The notes under the pieces: model-generated
What the model saw: the letters and a program-made list of their open reading frames with translations, nothing else
Database searches by the model: none
Told to the model about the DNA's origin: nothing
IMG/VR virus record: IMGVR_UViG_2778261246_000004
Location: 1 to 44,468 of that record
Reading direction: 5' to 3' (one strand)
Origin: a virus
Lineage: Duplodnaviria; Heunggongvirae; Uroviricota; Caudoviricetes
Length of the DNA: 44,468 nucleotides
Made by a program: the position numbers and the translations under genes
Shown here: positions 1-9,718 of the stretch, piece after piece
Numbering within the stretch: the stretch's first letter is position 1
Layout of the letters: each line of letters starts with the position of its first letter

Positions 1-576
1 TTATTGGCCAATACCAAACGCTCGGATTGAACCCAAATCCTCCAGGTTATTCAGCTCTTGCTTCATCTCCCGCTGACGCTGATAAATCTCGTCATTGCGA
101 TCGACCTGTGCCTGCGCCATTGCTGTCGCCAGTTCTTCCAGTTCCGGCATTGACAGTTTCACCTGTTGATTATCGGCATCACCCCACGCAAGGGTGGTTC
201 GTGCCGTATCGGATTTCGCCGCCATTACTACCGGATAAAGACGTGCCATTGAGTCGGGGCCAGCGTTCCAGGTGCGACCGTTCCATTCGAACGTGAACGG
301 CAGTGCTTCCTGTTCTGTACGCCACACCTCGATTTCCCGCTTTTTGGCATCTTTTGCCGCTGCGATAAGTTCCGGCGTGATGGTGAACGGGGCGATTTCG
401 CCCCATTTTCCGCTCTGCAACTCTTCCCAGATGCGCTGGCCTGTCGGTGCGGTATCGTCCTGCATGGCGGTATACGGGACGAATTCCGTTTCACCTTCAA
501 ATAACACCTCGCAGTCAACCGCGCCATTTTCAAGGTAATGCGCGTTTCTGATGCCTTTTACCGCTCTGATTTTCAT
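1..576 (-). CDS. Tail fibre assembly protein (Tfa-type chaperone) for the adjacent side tail fibre
   Basis: 191-aa ORF, ATG at 576, stop at 1-3; immediately 3' of the long fibre gene; Tfa-like composition (from memory, no search). Confidence 0.6.
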   Translation of the reverse strand: MKIRAVKGIRNAHYLENGAVDCEVLFEGETEFVPYTAMQDDTAPTGQRIWEELQSGKWGEIAPFTITPELIAAAKDAKKREIEVWRTEQEALPFTFEWNGRTWNAGPDSMARLYPVVMAAKSDTARTTLAWGDADNQQVKLSMPELEELATAMAQAQVDRNDEIYQRQREMKQELNNLEDLGSIRAFGIGQ

Positions 577-590
577 GTCTTATTTCCTCG

Positions 591-3500
591 TTACTCGATG
601 CGCACGAACAGGCAAAGGAATCCTCTATCACCATATGTAACACGCGTACCAGACAAAGCCTGATAACGCCCCGGGAAATTGTATGCACCGGCTCCGCCAA
701 CATTAACCTGGGGAGATGAAACATACGACCCGGCATCATTGATTGTGCAACTCATCGAGACTGGCCCCAGCCGCGAACCCGGTACGATATCCCCCAGACC
801 AATTTTGATTGCCTTATCGCCTGCTGCTGTTCCCTGATAGACTGCGAGAATAAGAGAGCCAACTGCCGGATATTTGTAATATGAGTACGGGCCGTTGCCT
901 GCCGTCCGGGACAGCAGGAAGGCCAGCGAATCGCCGTCGTAAATGACGGGACTTACTGTTGCATTCCAGTTATTTCCACTCCAGCGGTAAGTCAGGCGAT
1001 GAATACTGTGCTCACCTTCGTAATACTGGTTAAAACACAGCAGCGTTTTGAATTTACGCGTTGTGTCCGACTCATCGTTATCAAAGGGCGACCACATTAC
1101 ATCAATGATGCCGTTAAATTTTGTGGTTCCTGCCAGTAGTGTGGAAGAATCCGCAATACTGACCGCATAACGCCCCGGGGTGACCTCTTTCAGCCACTCA
1201 GCAAAATCAGCCTGCCCATCAAATGCCAGTGCATCGGTGCTGGTAAATGCCTGACCGAATCCATACATGCCGGACAGCGCCAGCCTGCTTGGTGTACGGT
1301 CGCGGATATCGCTCTGGGGGTCCATTGTTGCGGCAGCTTTTAATTCCAGCAACGCACGCATCTTCTCATATGTTCCCAGACCAAGAAGCGACTTCGCTCG
1401 CCCTGTCAGGTCCGTCAGTGTCAGATTCCCGCTTTCGTTGTAATACAAAAGTGAATTTTTTCTCGGCGTAATCTGACCGACTGCTGTTAACACGTCATTA
1501 AGCGGCTGTTTACCTGCCAGTGCTTTAGTGACGGTTGTCGCAAAGTTCGGGTCATTACCCAGCGCCGCTGCCAGCTCGTTCAGCGTGTCGAGGGCTTCCG
1601 GTGATGAGCCAACCAGCGCGGCAAGCAGTTTGCGGACAAACTCCGCATTGGCTATTTCATTACCTGCTGCATCATCTGGTGGTGTTGGCGTGGACGGCGT
1701 TCCGGTCAGTGCCGGGCTGTTCAGTGGCGCGCGGGTTTCAATCAGTGCCCGGAGTGAAGCCTCGTTGACTTTCAGGTTTTCCCAGCCAACCAGATAACCA
1801 TCTCCGGTAGTCCAGTAGCGATTGTAATAAATATGGCCGTTAATACCGTAAAAAATAATGATTTTGGCCACATATGCCGGATTGGGGTTGGTTTGAGGTT
1901 CCGGCCAGATAATTTCAACGGTGCCGCTGAACAGGACTCCGGGAATCACTTTATCTGCGCCATAAACGACATAACGACCCGGTTTTGCTGTTTTTACCCA
2001 GCGGAGAAAATCTGCCTCTGTTTTAAACTCGGTCCTGTCGCCGCTGGAAAATACTTTCCCGAATCCAAACATGCCGGGAATCGCCAGACGGCCTTCGGTG
2101 CGGTCGTAAATATTCTCCTGCGCATCCTTTTGTGCTGCATTGCCCAGTTGTGGCGTCAGATTCGTCCAGGTGACCGGGGCGGAGATATTATCGCCACGAA
2201 CGGTCATGAGTATCCGTCCGTCTTTTCCAAAAAACAGAACCAGCTTTGTTGCTGTCTGGCTGGTTTTGTCGTCCCAGCCATTATCCAGCCAGATAATTTC
2301 TGTTATTCCGGTCGTCTCTTCCGTTTGTGTGGAAAAGGTGTAATACCGTCCCGGGTGCAGGTTATGCGCGCTTTTGGCTATGGTCGCCATATCGCGGGCA
2401 ATAATTGAACTTGCTCCGGCGTCCGTCATTCCGTAACCAAATGCACCTGGCAGCGCAACACGGCCTTCCGTGCTGTCGTAAAGGTCTGTCTGAATGTCCC
2501 TTACCGCTGCGCTTTTCAGCTCAAGCTCATTGCGCATGGTTTCCACTGTGGCCTGTGCCAGCAGTGACCGGGCTTTTTCTGACAGCGGAGACAGTGAAGC
2601 ATTCCCGTCCTGATTAAAGCACAGAAGATTATCCGCCCGTTCTTCCAGATTACTGATTGCGGTTAACACGTCACTGAGTGGTTGTTTACCCGCCAGCGCG
2701 TTCATGATTGTTGTCGCAAACTCCGGGTCATTGCCCAGCGCCGCTGCCAGCTCGTTCAGCGTGTCCAGGGTTTCCGGTGACGAGTCAACCAGTGCAGCAA
2801 GCAGCTTACGGACAAAAGCCGCGTTCGCCATCTCCAGCCCGGTCGCATCGTCCGGTGGAGTTGGTGTGGTTGGCGTGCCGGTGAACGCCGGGCTGTCCAG
2901 CGGCGCTTTTGTTTTCGTCTCGTCCATGACGGTTTTGACGGCCTTCGGTGTGGCTGCCAGTTCTTCGCTGTCGTTATCCGTATCACTACAGAGTTGCACC
3001 AGGCCTTTTTCTGTCGTGGAGGCATTGCTTCCCTTCAGGTCATCAACTATCCGTTGCGCCTCGTCCCTGTGCTGTTTCGCGTTCTGCTCGCTTTTTGCTG
3101 CCGCTTCGGCGCTGGCTTTTGCCTCGCCGGTCAGCGTTGCGGCTTCATCGAGTTTATCGACCGCTTTCTGGACTATCTTATCGGCATCTTTGACCGCCTG
3201 TTCTGCACGGGCGGCATCCTGTTTGGCAGATGACGCCAGTAACGCCACCTGCTTTTTATCTTCGGCAACGTCTTCTGCGTTCTGCTGTACGTTATCTGCC
3301 AGCGTCTGACAGTCTGCCTTTATCTTCTGCGCATCAGCGACATGTTGCCCGGCCTGTTGTTCGCTTTCCGCTGCCGCTTCCGCGCTCTGCTGCGCCTGCG
3401 CCACCATTTCCTCAAAGCGTTTCACTACATCCGGCTTTAAATCGCCTTCATCAAGGGCGGTCAGAAAGTCGTTCAGCGTGCCGGGCTTTGAATCGTCGTA

Positions 3501-3731
3501 AACCGAAATATCACCGACACAATATTCTCTTTCAATACACGACCGAAAATAAACATCATATCTTCCAGTCTGAGCCTCAAATGCATATTCTCCTGCCGGC
3601 CCTGTCACCACTGTTGCCACCGTTCTCATGACCACTGCAGATGTATTCTGTCGGGCTTTCAGAATAATATGGTATCCGGACATGGGAAGCCCCGCCCCAT
3701 CAGTCAGCACACCAGAAATTAATACAGACAT
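591..3731 (-). CDS. stf: Side tail fibre protein, lambda Stf-like N-terminus with repeated C-terminal modules
   Basis: 1046-aa ORF; N-terminal 100 aa align by eye with lambda Stf (ISGVL..G.G.P...I.LKAR.N...V....V, YDDS/EDSQPGTLNDFL); coiled Ala/Gln-rich stalk; conserved block APLDSPA.TGTP..P; internal duplication. Confidence 0.8.
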   Translation of the reverse strand: MSVLISGVLTDGAGLPMSGYHIILKARQNTSAVVMRTVATVVTGPAGEYAFEAQTGRYDVYFRSCIEREYCVGDISVYDDSKPGTLNDFLTALDEGDLKPDVVKRFEEMVAQAQQSAEAAAESEQQAGQHVADAQKIKADCQTLADNVQQNAEDVAEDKKQVALLASSAKQDAARAEQAVKDADKIVQKAVDKLDEAATLTGEAKASAEAAAKSEQNAKQHRDEAQRIVDDLKGSNASTTEKGLVQLCSDTDNDSEELAATPKAVKTVMDETKTKAPLDSPAFTGTPTTPTPPDDATGLEMANAAFVRKLLAALVDSSPETLDTLNELAAALGNDPEFATTIMNALAGKQPLSDVLTAISNLEERADNLLCFNQDGNASLSPLSEKARSLLAQATVETMRNELELKSAAVRDIQTDLYDSTEGRVALPGAFGYGMTDAGASSIIARDMATIAKSAHNLHPGRYYTFSTQTEETTGITEIIWLDNGWDDKTSQTATKLVLFFGKDGRILMTVRGDNISAPVTWTNLTPQLGNAAQKDAQENIYDRTEGRLAIPGMFGFGKVFSSGDRTEFKTEADFLRWVKTAKPGRYVVYGADKVIPGVLFSGTVEIIWPEPQTNPNPAYVAKIIIFYGINGHIYYNRYWTTGDGYLVGWENLKVNEASLRALIETRAPLNSPALTGTPSTPTPPDDAAGNEIANAEFVRKLLAALVGSSPEALDTLNELAAALGNDPNFATTVTKALAGKQPLNDVLTAVGQITPRKNSLLYYNESGNLTLTDLTGRAKSLLGLGTYEKMRALLELKAAATMDPQSDIRDRTPSRLALSGMYGFGQAFTSTDALAFDGQADFAEWLKEVTPGRYAVSIADSSTLLAGTTKFNGIIDVMWSPFDNDESDTTRKFKTLLCFNQYYEGEHSIHRLTYRWSGNNWNATVSPVIYDGDSLAFLLSRTAGNGPYSYYKYPAVGSLILAVYQGTAAGDKAIKIGLGDIVPGSRLGPVSMSCTINDAGSYVSSPQVNVGGAGAYNFPGRYQALSGTRVTYGDRGFLCLFVRIE

Positions 3732-3756
3732 TTTTATTTCCTGATTCAGAAAACCA

Positions 3757-4857
3757 TTAACCGTAATAATTCACGCCTTTTTTATCGGCTTTTTTCTTCC
3801 CTGATGCTTTCCCTTTCACGGAGATATCGGTGGCCAGCGACAGATTCAGCGTAAATCCCTGCCCCGGTGCCAGTGAAAACTCCACCGACTCAGCCTGCCA
3901 GTTATGATCCTCGCGTACCCCAAAACCCTGCGTGATAAAACGCATCTCCGCTCCTGCTTTCAGCAGTTCCGGCCTGCAGGGCAACGTTATCGTCATCTGG
4001 CGTCCGGCTTTCTGCACACGTTTAACCTTCGACTCTGCACAGTGTTTTGCGGTATCCTGGTCAGGTTGGGTAAACGGATGCCGCTTGTCTGTTGACTCCA
4101 CGTCAACTTTAACTTCACGTGTGCGTCCGTCACGGGCATCAAAATACCGGACACCCACTTTCCCTTTTTTTGTTGTTCCTTTTCCGCCTCCGGATGCTCC
4201 CTGCCGCTCCCCCTCCCGGTAATCCCAGTCTGACACCATATCCGGTGTGATGGTCATTACAGGGGCATCCCTGCCACCTGTGCTCTGTGATGCACCATAC
4301 TCCAGAAATAACCAGTAACCGTTCGTCGGTTTACTGGTGGCACCATACATACCAGCAAGCCGGGAAAGCAGGGACGCATCCGATTCAGATGACTGCATCG
4401 CCCACGGAATACGAATTTTTGCCAGCGCCGGTGATACCTGCGCCACCAGATTATTTTCAGTGGCGATGGTTTTCACCAGGTCGCCCAGTGTGATATCGCT
4501 GAAAGCCCGGGTTTTCAGTGCGGTCACGTCTGCGCCATGTTTTGACGCATTCATGGGGGCTGCGGTGGCATAAATGGTGATCCGGCGGGGAGGACCGCCG
4601 CTTGCCACCTGACAGACTGTAAAGCTGCCTTTATTGACCAGGTTTCCGTTGAATCCCAGTCCCAGCATTAACACCGCGCCTTTTGGTGGCAGCGCCATCG
4701 TCTCACTGAACAGGGTTATCATCAGTTCATCAGAGCGCTTTGTGGCAGCACCATTATCGGTATAACGCAGTTCAGCCAGCCCCCGCTTTATGGCCTTCGT
4801 GATATCCTCACCCTCTGCTGTCAGGCTGAAATCCGGCTGATACTCATTCAGTCCCAT
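3757..4857 (-). CDS. Tail protein D (P2 gpD / late control D family)
   Basis: 366-aa ORF at the distal end of the sheath-tube-E-T-U-X-D block, matching P2 gene order; size and Gly/Lys-rich C-terminus typical. Confidence 0.7.
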   Translation of the reverse strand: MGLNEYQPDFSLTAEGEDITKAIKRGLAELRYTDNGAATKRSDELMITLFSETMALPPKGAVLMLGLGFNGNLVNKGSFTVCQVASGGPPRRITIYATAAPMNASKHGADVTALKTRAFSDITLGDLVKTIATENNLVAQVSPALAKIRIPWAMQSSESDASLLSRLAGMYGATSKPTNGYWLFLEYGASQSTGGRDAPVMTITPDMVSDWDYREGERQGASGGGKGTTKKGKVGVRYFDARDGRTREVKVDVESTDKRHPFTQPDQDTAKHCAESKVKRVQKAGRQMTITLPCRPELLKAGAEMRFITQGFGVREDHNWQAESVEFSLAPGQGFTLNLSLATDISVKGKASGKKKADKKGVNYYG

Positions 4858-5066
4858 AACTGAAACGTCTCCTTCACTTCCGGTTCATATACCCAGTCCG
4901 GCAACACGATTTCCACTCCCGCCGGATAGACCGGACCAAGGTCAGCCAGTCCGGGATTGGCTTCCAGTACCGCCGCCAGTGACTGGTTAAGCCCGGTACT
5001 GCCATAGTGTCTCTGGCAGATGTCATCCAGCATATCGCCGTCAGTAGTCCGCCAGTTTTTCGCCAT
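4848..5066 (-). CDS. Tail protein X-like (P2 gpX family, LysM-like)
   Basis: 72-aa ORF overlapping neighbours; size and position consistent with gpX. Confidence 0.5.
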   Translation of the reverse strand: MAKNWRTTDGDMLDDICQRHYGSTGLNQSLAAVLEANPGLADLGPVYPAGVEIVLPDWVYEPEVKETFQLWD

Positions 5067-5535
5067 AGTATTTCAGCTCCAGTGTGAACGTTTTGTTCTT
5101 CGGCGCACCGCCGGGAAGAAAGGACGTGGTGTTATCTGAATAGGCAGTTGCCACGAAATACCCCATCACATCACCTGTGCTCGAGACCAGAAGATGCGGG
5201 GCCGGATTGTCATCCACCATCTGAACCAGTGTATCAAGAGCGTCCATTCCCACACCGTCACGAAATCCTGCATGCGCCATACCTTCAAGGGTTATTGTTC
5301 TGGCCCCCTTGCCGGTATACTGCAGCAGGTCGTTTTTTCCGATAAGCTGTTGTTCATCCCATCGCCATTCCATCGTGCGCTTCATGGCGTTATAAGCAGC
5401 AGTATCAATACTGAATTCAAACTCACCAAACGACAGCATGACGCGGGAGGCGACATCCGTTAATGATCCCACCGCGTCCCATGCTTCACGCTCAAGCCGG
5501 TTTACGCCCCAGCCCAGCAAATCCACCATATTCAC
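5041..5535 (-). CDS. Tail protein U-like (P2 gpU family)
   Basis: 164-aa ORF directly after the tape measure gene with ATGA overlap; matches P2 T-U-D order. Confidence 0.55.
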   Translation of the reverse strand: MNMVDLLGWGVNRLEREAWDAVGSLTDVASRVMLSFGEFEFSIDTAAYNAMKRTMEWRWDEQQLIGKNDLLQYTGKGARTITLEGMAHAGFRDGVGMDALDTLVQMVDDNPAPHLLVSSTGDVMGYFVATAYSDNTTSFLPGGAPKNKTFTLELKYYGEKLADY

Positions 5536-7193
5536 CCCCAGAATGCATCACCATCAGTCATGCGGGAACGCTGACCAAAATTAATATCTCCCAGATTTTT
5601 CGTTACCCTGTCTGCCAGTTGTCCGGCATCCTCGCCGGGCTTCTGAGTGATGTTAAATTCCGCCCGTATCTGATATGTGGGTTTTACTTCCACCTGGCTG
5701 ATACTGCCAGAGGTATCTTTCAGTGCCGAGAGGCGATCCTGGTTTTCCGGCTCCTGCCCTGCAGCAGGGAGTACGCCATACTCTGACAGACCATTGCGGA
5801 TTGCCTCTTCCCATCCCTTAAAGTCGGGAGTATCTTCTGGCCCCAGCAAAGGGTCGAGAAATGCATCAAACTTTTTATTGTCGTGATTCCAGGGGAGATA
5901 ACCGCGGGTGTCTTTATAGGCCTGTACAACCTGTTTCGTCAGGTCCGGATTTTTCCTGATAAGTTCATCAAACCATTCACCCTGACCGTTTTTCTGCGCC
6001 ACCGCTCTTGCCAGCTCCGGCGACCCCATTTTTGCCAGATATTCCAGCACCTCTCGCCGGTCCTCTCGCGGATCATCCGCCAGCCCCCACTCAATGGCTT
6101 TTTGTGTAATTCCGCCCAATACTTTTCCGAAATTCCACATCCAGGCAGCCATCCTGATCAACGTCGGCAAAGCGACGTCATTTATAAATTTCTGAATTTT
6201 TTCCAGTCCACCATACTTAAACCAGGCCGCAAGGTCATCCGTCACTCGTTGAATATGGGGGGAAAGCTGCTTACCCAGCTTTCCACTGATATCATCAATG
6301 GAAGAATTCAGAACATTGCGGAGATTCGACAGCGCCGCATGTCCCTGTACTGCGCCATCTACCCCTTCTTTTGTTACCAGGTTATAACGTTTCTGCTCAC
6401 TGATAAGCTCACCGAAGGTTTTTCCTGACAGACGCATCCAGGTCAGAATTTTATTGGCCTCACCACCAAACAATGCATCTGCCATCCCGGCAGCCACCTG
6501 TTCATCTTTCACCTCCAGCAACCGATCAAAAATAAATTCAACCTGCTCCTGGTTGTTTTTTCCGGCCATCACCCCGGCTTTCAGTCCCAGTTTGCCAAAA
6601 ACCTCCTGAATGGCCCCTTTATCAGTGGCACCATTATCATCGTCAAAAACCTTGTTCCGGTACTCCTCAAACAGATCACCGATGTTTTCACCGTTCAGCC
6701 CCATCAGTCGGGCCAGAGAATCCCATGCCGCATAGGTTTCATAATCCACCCCATAACTGCGGGCTATCCCTGCCCGCTCTGCCGTCTCCGTATTCCGGTT
6801 AAGCACAGCAGTAGTGCCCGCCGCCAGCGTCAGGCCCGCCCCCGCAGAAAGCCCAAAACCGGTTTTAAGGACCGTCCCCGCCCGCCCTTTCCAGCGTTCC
6901 AGGCGTTCCGCACGAGCCAGTTTACGGTTAAATTTGTCCTGCTCTCCGGTGGCATCATGAATTTTTTTACCCAGCTTTTCATACTGCTTTCGCAGATCAG
7001 TAATATCCTGTCCAGCCAGTACGCCAGCCTGAATTTTTCGTTTCAGTACATCCTGCTGGCGTGTCAGGCGAGCCACTTCCTGCGTTGCTCCTGATAATCC
7101 GTGCTTCAGTCCATCTACCGATTTTTTCCACGACGGATCTATCGAGCCGCCGATCCTGATATTCGCTTTAAGGTTATCGCCAACCGTTGCCAT
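5532..7193 (-). CDS. Tail tape measure protein
   Basis: 553-aa ORF downstream of the tail chaperone frameshift gene; Ala/Gly/Leu-rich with predicted coiled segments; overlapped by the E' extension. Confidence 0.7.
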   Translation of the reverse strand: MATVGDNLKANIRIGGSIDPSWKKSVDGLKHGLSGATQEVARLTRQQDVLKRKIQAGVLAGQDITDLRKQYEKLGKKIHDATGEQDKFNRKLARAERLERWKGRAGTVLKTGFGLSAGAGLTLAAGTTAVLNRNTETAERAGIARSYGVDYETYAAWDSLARLMGLNGENIGDLFEEYRNKVFDDDNGATDKGAIQEVFGKLGLKAGVMAGKNNQEQVEFIFDRLLEVKDEQVAAGMADALFGGEANKILTWMRLSGKTFGELISEQKRYNLVTKEGVDGAVQGHAALSNLRNVLNSSIDDISGKLGKQLSPHIQRVTDDLAAWFKYGGLEKIQKFINDVALPTLIRMAAWMWNFGKVLGGITQKAIEWGLADDPREDRREVLEYLAKMGSPELARAVAQKNGQGEWFDELIRKNPDLTKQVVQAYKDTRGYLPWNHDNKKFDAFLDPLLGPEDTPDFKGWEEAIRNGLSEYGVLPAAGQEPENQDRLSALKDTSGSISQVEVKPTYQIRAEFNITQKPGEDAGQLADRVTKNLGDINFGQRSRMTDGDAFWG

Positions 7194-7310
7194 AACGTCG
7201 CTTCCTCTCTTCCGACTCCGCCAGCATCATTGACACAAAATCCGTATACGGCAGCGCCATCACATCTCCGGGAGACCACCCGAACCAGGCACCGGCACGC
7301 CGTATCGCCG

Positions 7311-7619
7311 TCAGGATGCTTTCTTCTTCCGCCGGACCGGCGGCAGCAAAAAAACATTAAACTGCCGCTCCAGAGCCAGGTAATCACACGCTTCCATGTT
7401 CATCATGTCTGCCGCGTCCATCCCGCACAGACCGGCAATCATATCCAGATCAGCCTCGGCTTCCGGTTTGGTACTCCTGCGATGTAACAGACGATCGCGG
7501 ACAGTGGGCGCACGCATGGTGACGTGCGTGATCGTCTGTCCTGATGCGGTGACATACGGCACGGATAACACAATTTCCACGCTGCTGGCAGGCACACTGT
7601 TTTTTTCCGACATAAGCAT
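7311..7619 (-). CDS. Tail assembly chaperone (P2 gpE-like); E+E' fusion made by -1 frameshift, extension ending at stop 7174-7176
   Basis: 102-aa ORF between tube and tape measure genes; slippery T TTT TTG near its 3' end; -1 frame stays open for 57 codons (AAAGPAEEESILTAIRRAGAWFGW...GNGWR) and overlaps the tape measure start. Confidence 0.7.
   Translation of the reverse strand: MLMSEKNSVPASSVEIVLSVPYVTASGQTITHVTMRAPTVRDRLLHRRSTKPEAEADLDMIAGLCGMDAADMMNMEACDYLALERQFNVFLLPPVRRKKKAS
7346..7356 (-). promoter_or_regulatory. Programmed -1 ribosomal frameshift slippery site (G TTT TTT TG, T-run at plus 7348-7354)
   Basis: Heptamer T TTT TTG in the zero frame of the chaperone gene; same motif and position as the P2 E/E' and lambda G/GT systems. 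Confidence 0.6.
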
Positions 7620-7673
7620 CTCCTTTAAAAAAGAAAAGGCGGCCTGAGCCGCCTGAATAACCGGATACCCGGA

Positions 7674-8192
7674 TTAAACCCGGATGATTTTTTTCAGATC
7701 AGACAGAACATTAACGCCGTTAATACGGCGCACAAATTCCTCCGGAATAATGCAGATGGTTTCCACACCGTCGACAGCCTGACGGTAATAACTCAGTGAC
7801 ATTTCCACCGTCACCGAAGCCTCTGCCTGTGATGTCGCCGGGCGCGCATCCGGCGTGATACTGGTGATCATCCCCTGCAGTGTCTCCACCTGCCCGCTGG
7901 TCGCATTTCCCACCTGGTAAGCCTGGCGGACAACAATCTCCGGCGAATAAAGCCCGGCCTGCAATCCCAGCAGCGTAAGCATGGCAACATCATAACCATA
8001 AATCTTAAACGAACAGGTCAGCGCTTCCATGCCGTCATCCACTGCCACCGGTGCATCCATTGCGCCGGTTTTGATATCCACTGTCGTGATATTAATGGCA
8101 GGCGGCGTGTATTCATGCGCACCCTGAAGGCGGATCCCGCCAGGAAGAAATAACGCCCATGCGCGCAACAGTTTTTTTTCACCCGTCATCAT
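7674..8192 (-). CDS. Tail tube protein (P2 FII-like)
   Basis: 172-aa ORF directly downstream of sheath with ATGA overlap; same length as P2 FII. Confidence 0.75.
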   Translation of the reverse strand: MMTGEKKLLRAWALFLPGGIRLQGAHEYTPPAINITTVDIKTGAMDAPVAVDDGMEALTCSFKIYGYDVAMLTLLGLQAGLYSPEIVVRQAYQVGNATSGQVETLQGMITSITPDARPATSQAEASVTVEMSLSYYRQAVDGVETICIIPEEFVRRINGVNVLSDLKKIIRV

Positions 8193-9664
8193 ACCGTCAG
8201 TTCCTCCAGCGCCAGTTTATTGTTAATCATTGCCCGCAGTGTCAGGCGCTCCAGTGGTGACTTCGGCCCAAAGTCATAATCGATATACAACTGCCCTGCC
8301 GCCAGGGTTTCTGCTGTATTCAGTTCATCATTCAGCCAGGCGCTGCCACCGTGGATCGCACCCAGATTTTTAAGCTGACGCATATAGGCATTAATGCTGC
8401 CAAGAATGTCGTCTGCCACATCCCGATCAAGCGGGCGATCGACATAAGGCAACATGGCCTCCTGGATACTGTCCTCAATCACATCTGCAGTGCGACGTAC
8501 CGGTTCAAAGCGCCACTGACTGTGGGATGTGCACAGACGGTTACCCCAGTGTTTAAAACCGTCATGGCGAATAATGGTGGAGATATTTTCCATGTTCAGC
8601 AGGTTTGCCGTGCAGTTCTGCTCCCCGAGAATAAACGTATCCACCTGCTCCAGACCGGTGATATTCATCACGTCCTGGTTTGATTTGGACCACCACCACC
8701 CTTTTTCGTAATCAATACGGGCACGCAGCCCGGCAGCACGAGCCGAATATGGACGAAATATCGTTTGCCCGCTGTCATCCGTCACTGACACGCGCGGACG
8801 CAGCAGCTCCACACGCCCACCAAATGACGCGCGCCGCTGAACCACATCCTGCGGCGTTGCCATTGAAGGCGAGTCAATATAGGCCACAGCCCGCAGCTTC
8901 ACGGCATACGTTTCCAGCGCCTTTGCCACGCCATCATCCTCACTGTACCCCGTGGCAATGAGGATGCGCGGTTGATAGCCTGTGACGCCCTTACTTTCTG
9001 TCAGCGCCTCCATGGCCTGAATCACCGCCGCACGCTGTTCGGCCTCTTTCGCCTTTGTTTTACTTTCTGCGCGCACCACAATCACCAGCGCACCAGTCTG
9101 GTCAAAAATATCACGCAGGGCCGGGTATAATGTTCCGGCTGTGCCCAGTTTCCCCGCCTGAGTAATGGCCCCTGCCACCACCACCGGTGTGTTGACCGGG
9201 AACGCCTCATCTTCCCCGCCGGATAACGTCAGGCTGAATGGCGACACCACTTTATTTTCAGCGCCTCCTGCATTCAGGGTGCTGGCAGCCGCCGTCACAG
9301 GCGAATCCCCCAGCGCATTCACCACTTCAGTCACACGATCCACCGTGGCGTTAACCTGGCTGTGTTCGTCCGTCCCCAGTGTTATCGTCAGGGTCGTACC
9401 TTTCAGCGAGGCCACTGTCTGCGCGTTTTGTTCCGTGGCAGCCACGGCAACAACCGAAATCTTATTACCGACCCGACCTTCCTGTTTCGCCGTGAAATCC
9501 AGCGCCGTTCCCAGCAGCCATGAGCCGGCAGTGCCGGAAGCGCACACACCACCAGAGGCGTCCGGCGCTGTCCCCACCAGGCCAATCACTGCCGTGGAGA
9601 TGGTCTGCACGGCAACCGTGCCTGTCGTCAGTTCAATGGTTTCAACACCATGTAATCCGGACAT
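8189..9664 (-). CDS. Contractile tail sheath protein (P2 FI-like)
   Basis: 491-aa ORF; size, position upstream of tube gene and overall sequence character match myovirus sheath proteins. Confidence 0.8.
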   Translation of the reverse strand: MSGLHGVETIELTTGTVAVQTISTAVIGLVGTAPDASGGVCASGTAGSWLLGTALDFTAKQEGRVGNKISVVAVAATEQNAQTVASLKGTTLTITLGTDEHSQVNATVDRVTEVVNALGDSPVTAAASTLNAGGAENKVVSPFSLTLSGGEDEAFPVNTPVVVAGAITQAGKLGTAGTLYPALRDIFDQTGALVIVVRAESKTKAKEAEQRAAVIQAMEALTESKGVTGYQPRILIATGYSEDDGVAKALETYAVKLRAVAYIDSPSMATPQDVVQRRASFGGRVELLRPRVSVTDDSGQTIFRPYSARAAGLRARIDYEKGWWWSKSNQDVMNITGLEQVDTFILGEQNCTANLLNMENISTIIRHDGFKHWGNRLCTSHSQWRFEPVRRTADVIEDSIQEAMLPYVDRPLDRDVADDILGSINAYMRQLKNLGAIHGGSAWLNDELNTAETLAAGQLYIDYDFGPKSPLERLTLRAMINNKLALEELTV

Positions 9665-9676
9665 ACATTTCTCCCA

Positions 9677-9700
9677 TAAAAAAACCGCCCTCAGGCGGTC
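9677..9700 (-). terminator. Rho-independent terminator-like hairpin between the fibre chaperone gene and the sheath gene
   Basis: Minus-strand RNA GACCGCC-UGAG-GGCGGUC followed by U8, just upstream of the sheath RBS. Confidence 0.5.
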
Positions 9701-9718
9701 AGATGATTAACTTCTTTT

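Noticed and set aside
1528-3309. Plus-strand ORFs (1528-1797, 1833-2408, 2704-3309 and others) inside the side tail fibre gene
   Set aside because: Antisense shadow ORFs of a 1046-aa gene with Ser/Ala-rich low-complexity translations; useful only as evidence of the internal DNA duplication
7139-7387. ATG-initiated 82-aa ORF overlapping the tail chaperone/tape measure junction, initially considered as the E' frameshift extension
   Set aside because: It lies in the +1 frame relative to the chaperone gene and encodes a Cys/Arg-rich peptide typical of out-of-frame GC-rich DNA; the -1 frame reached from the TTTTTTG site gives a protein-like extension instead
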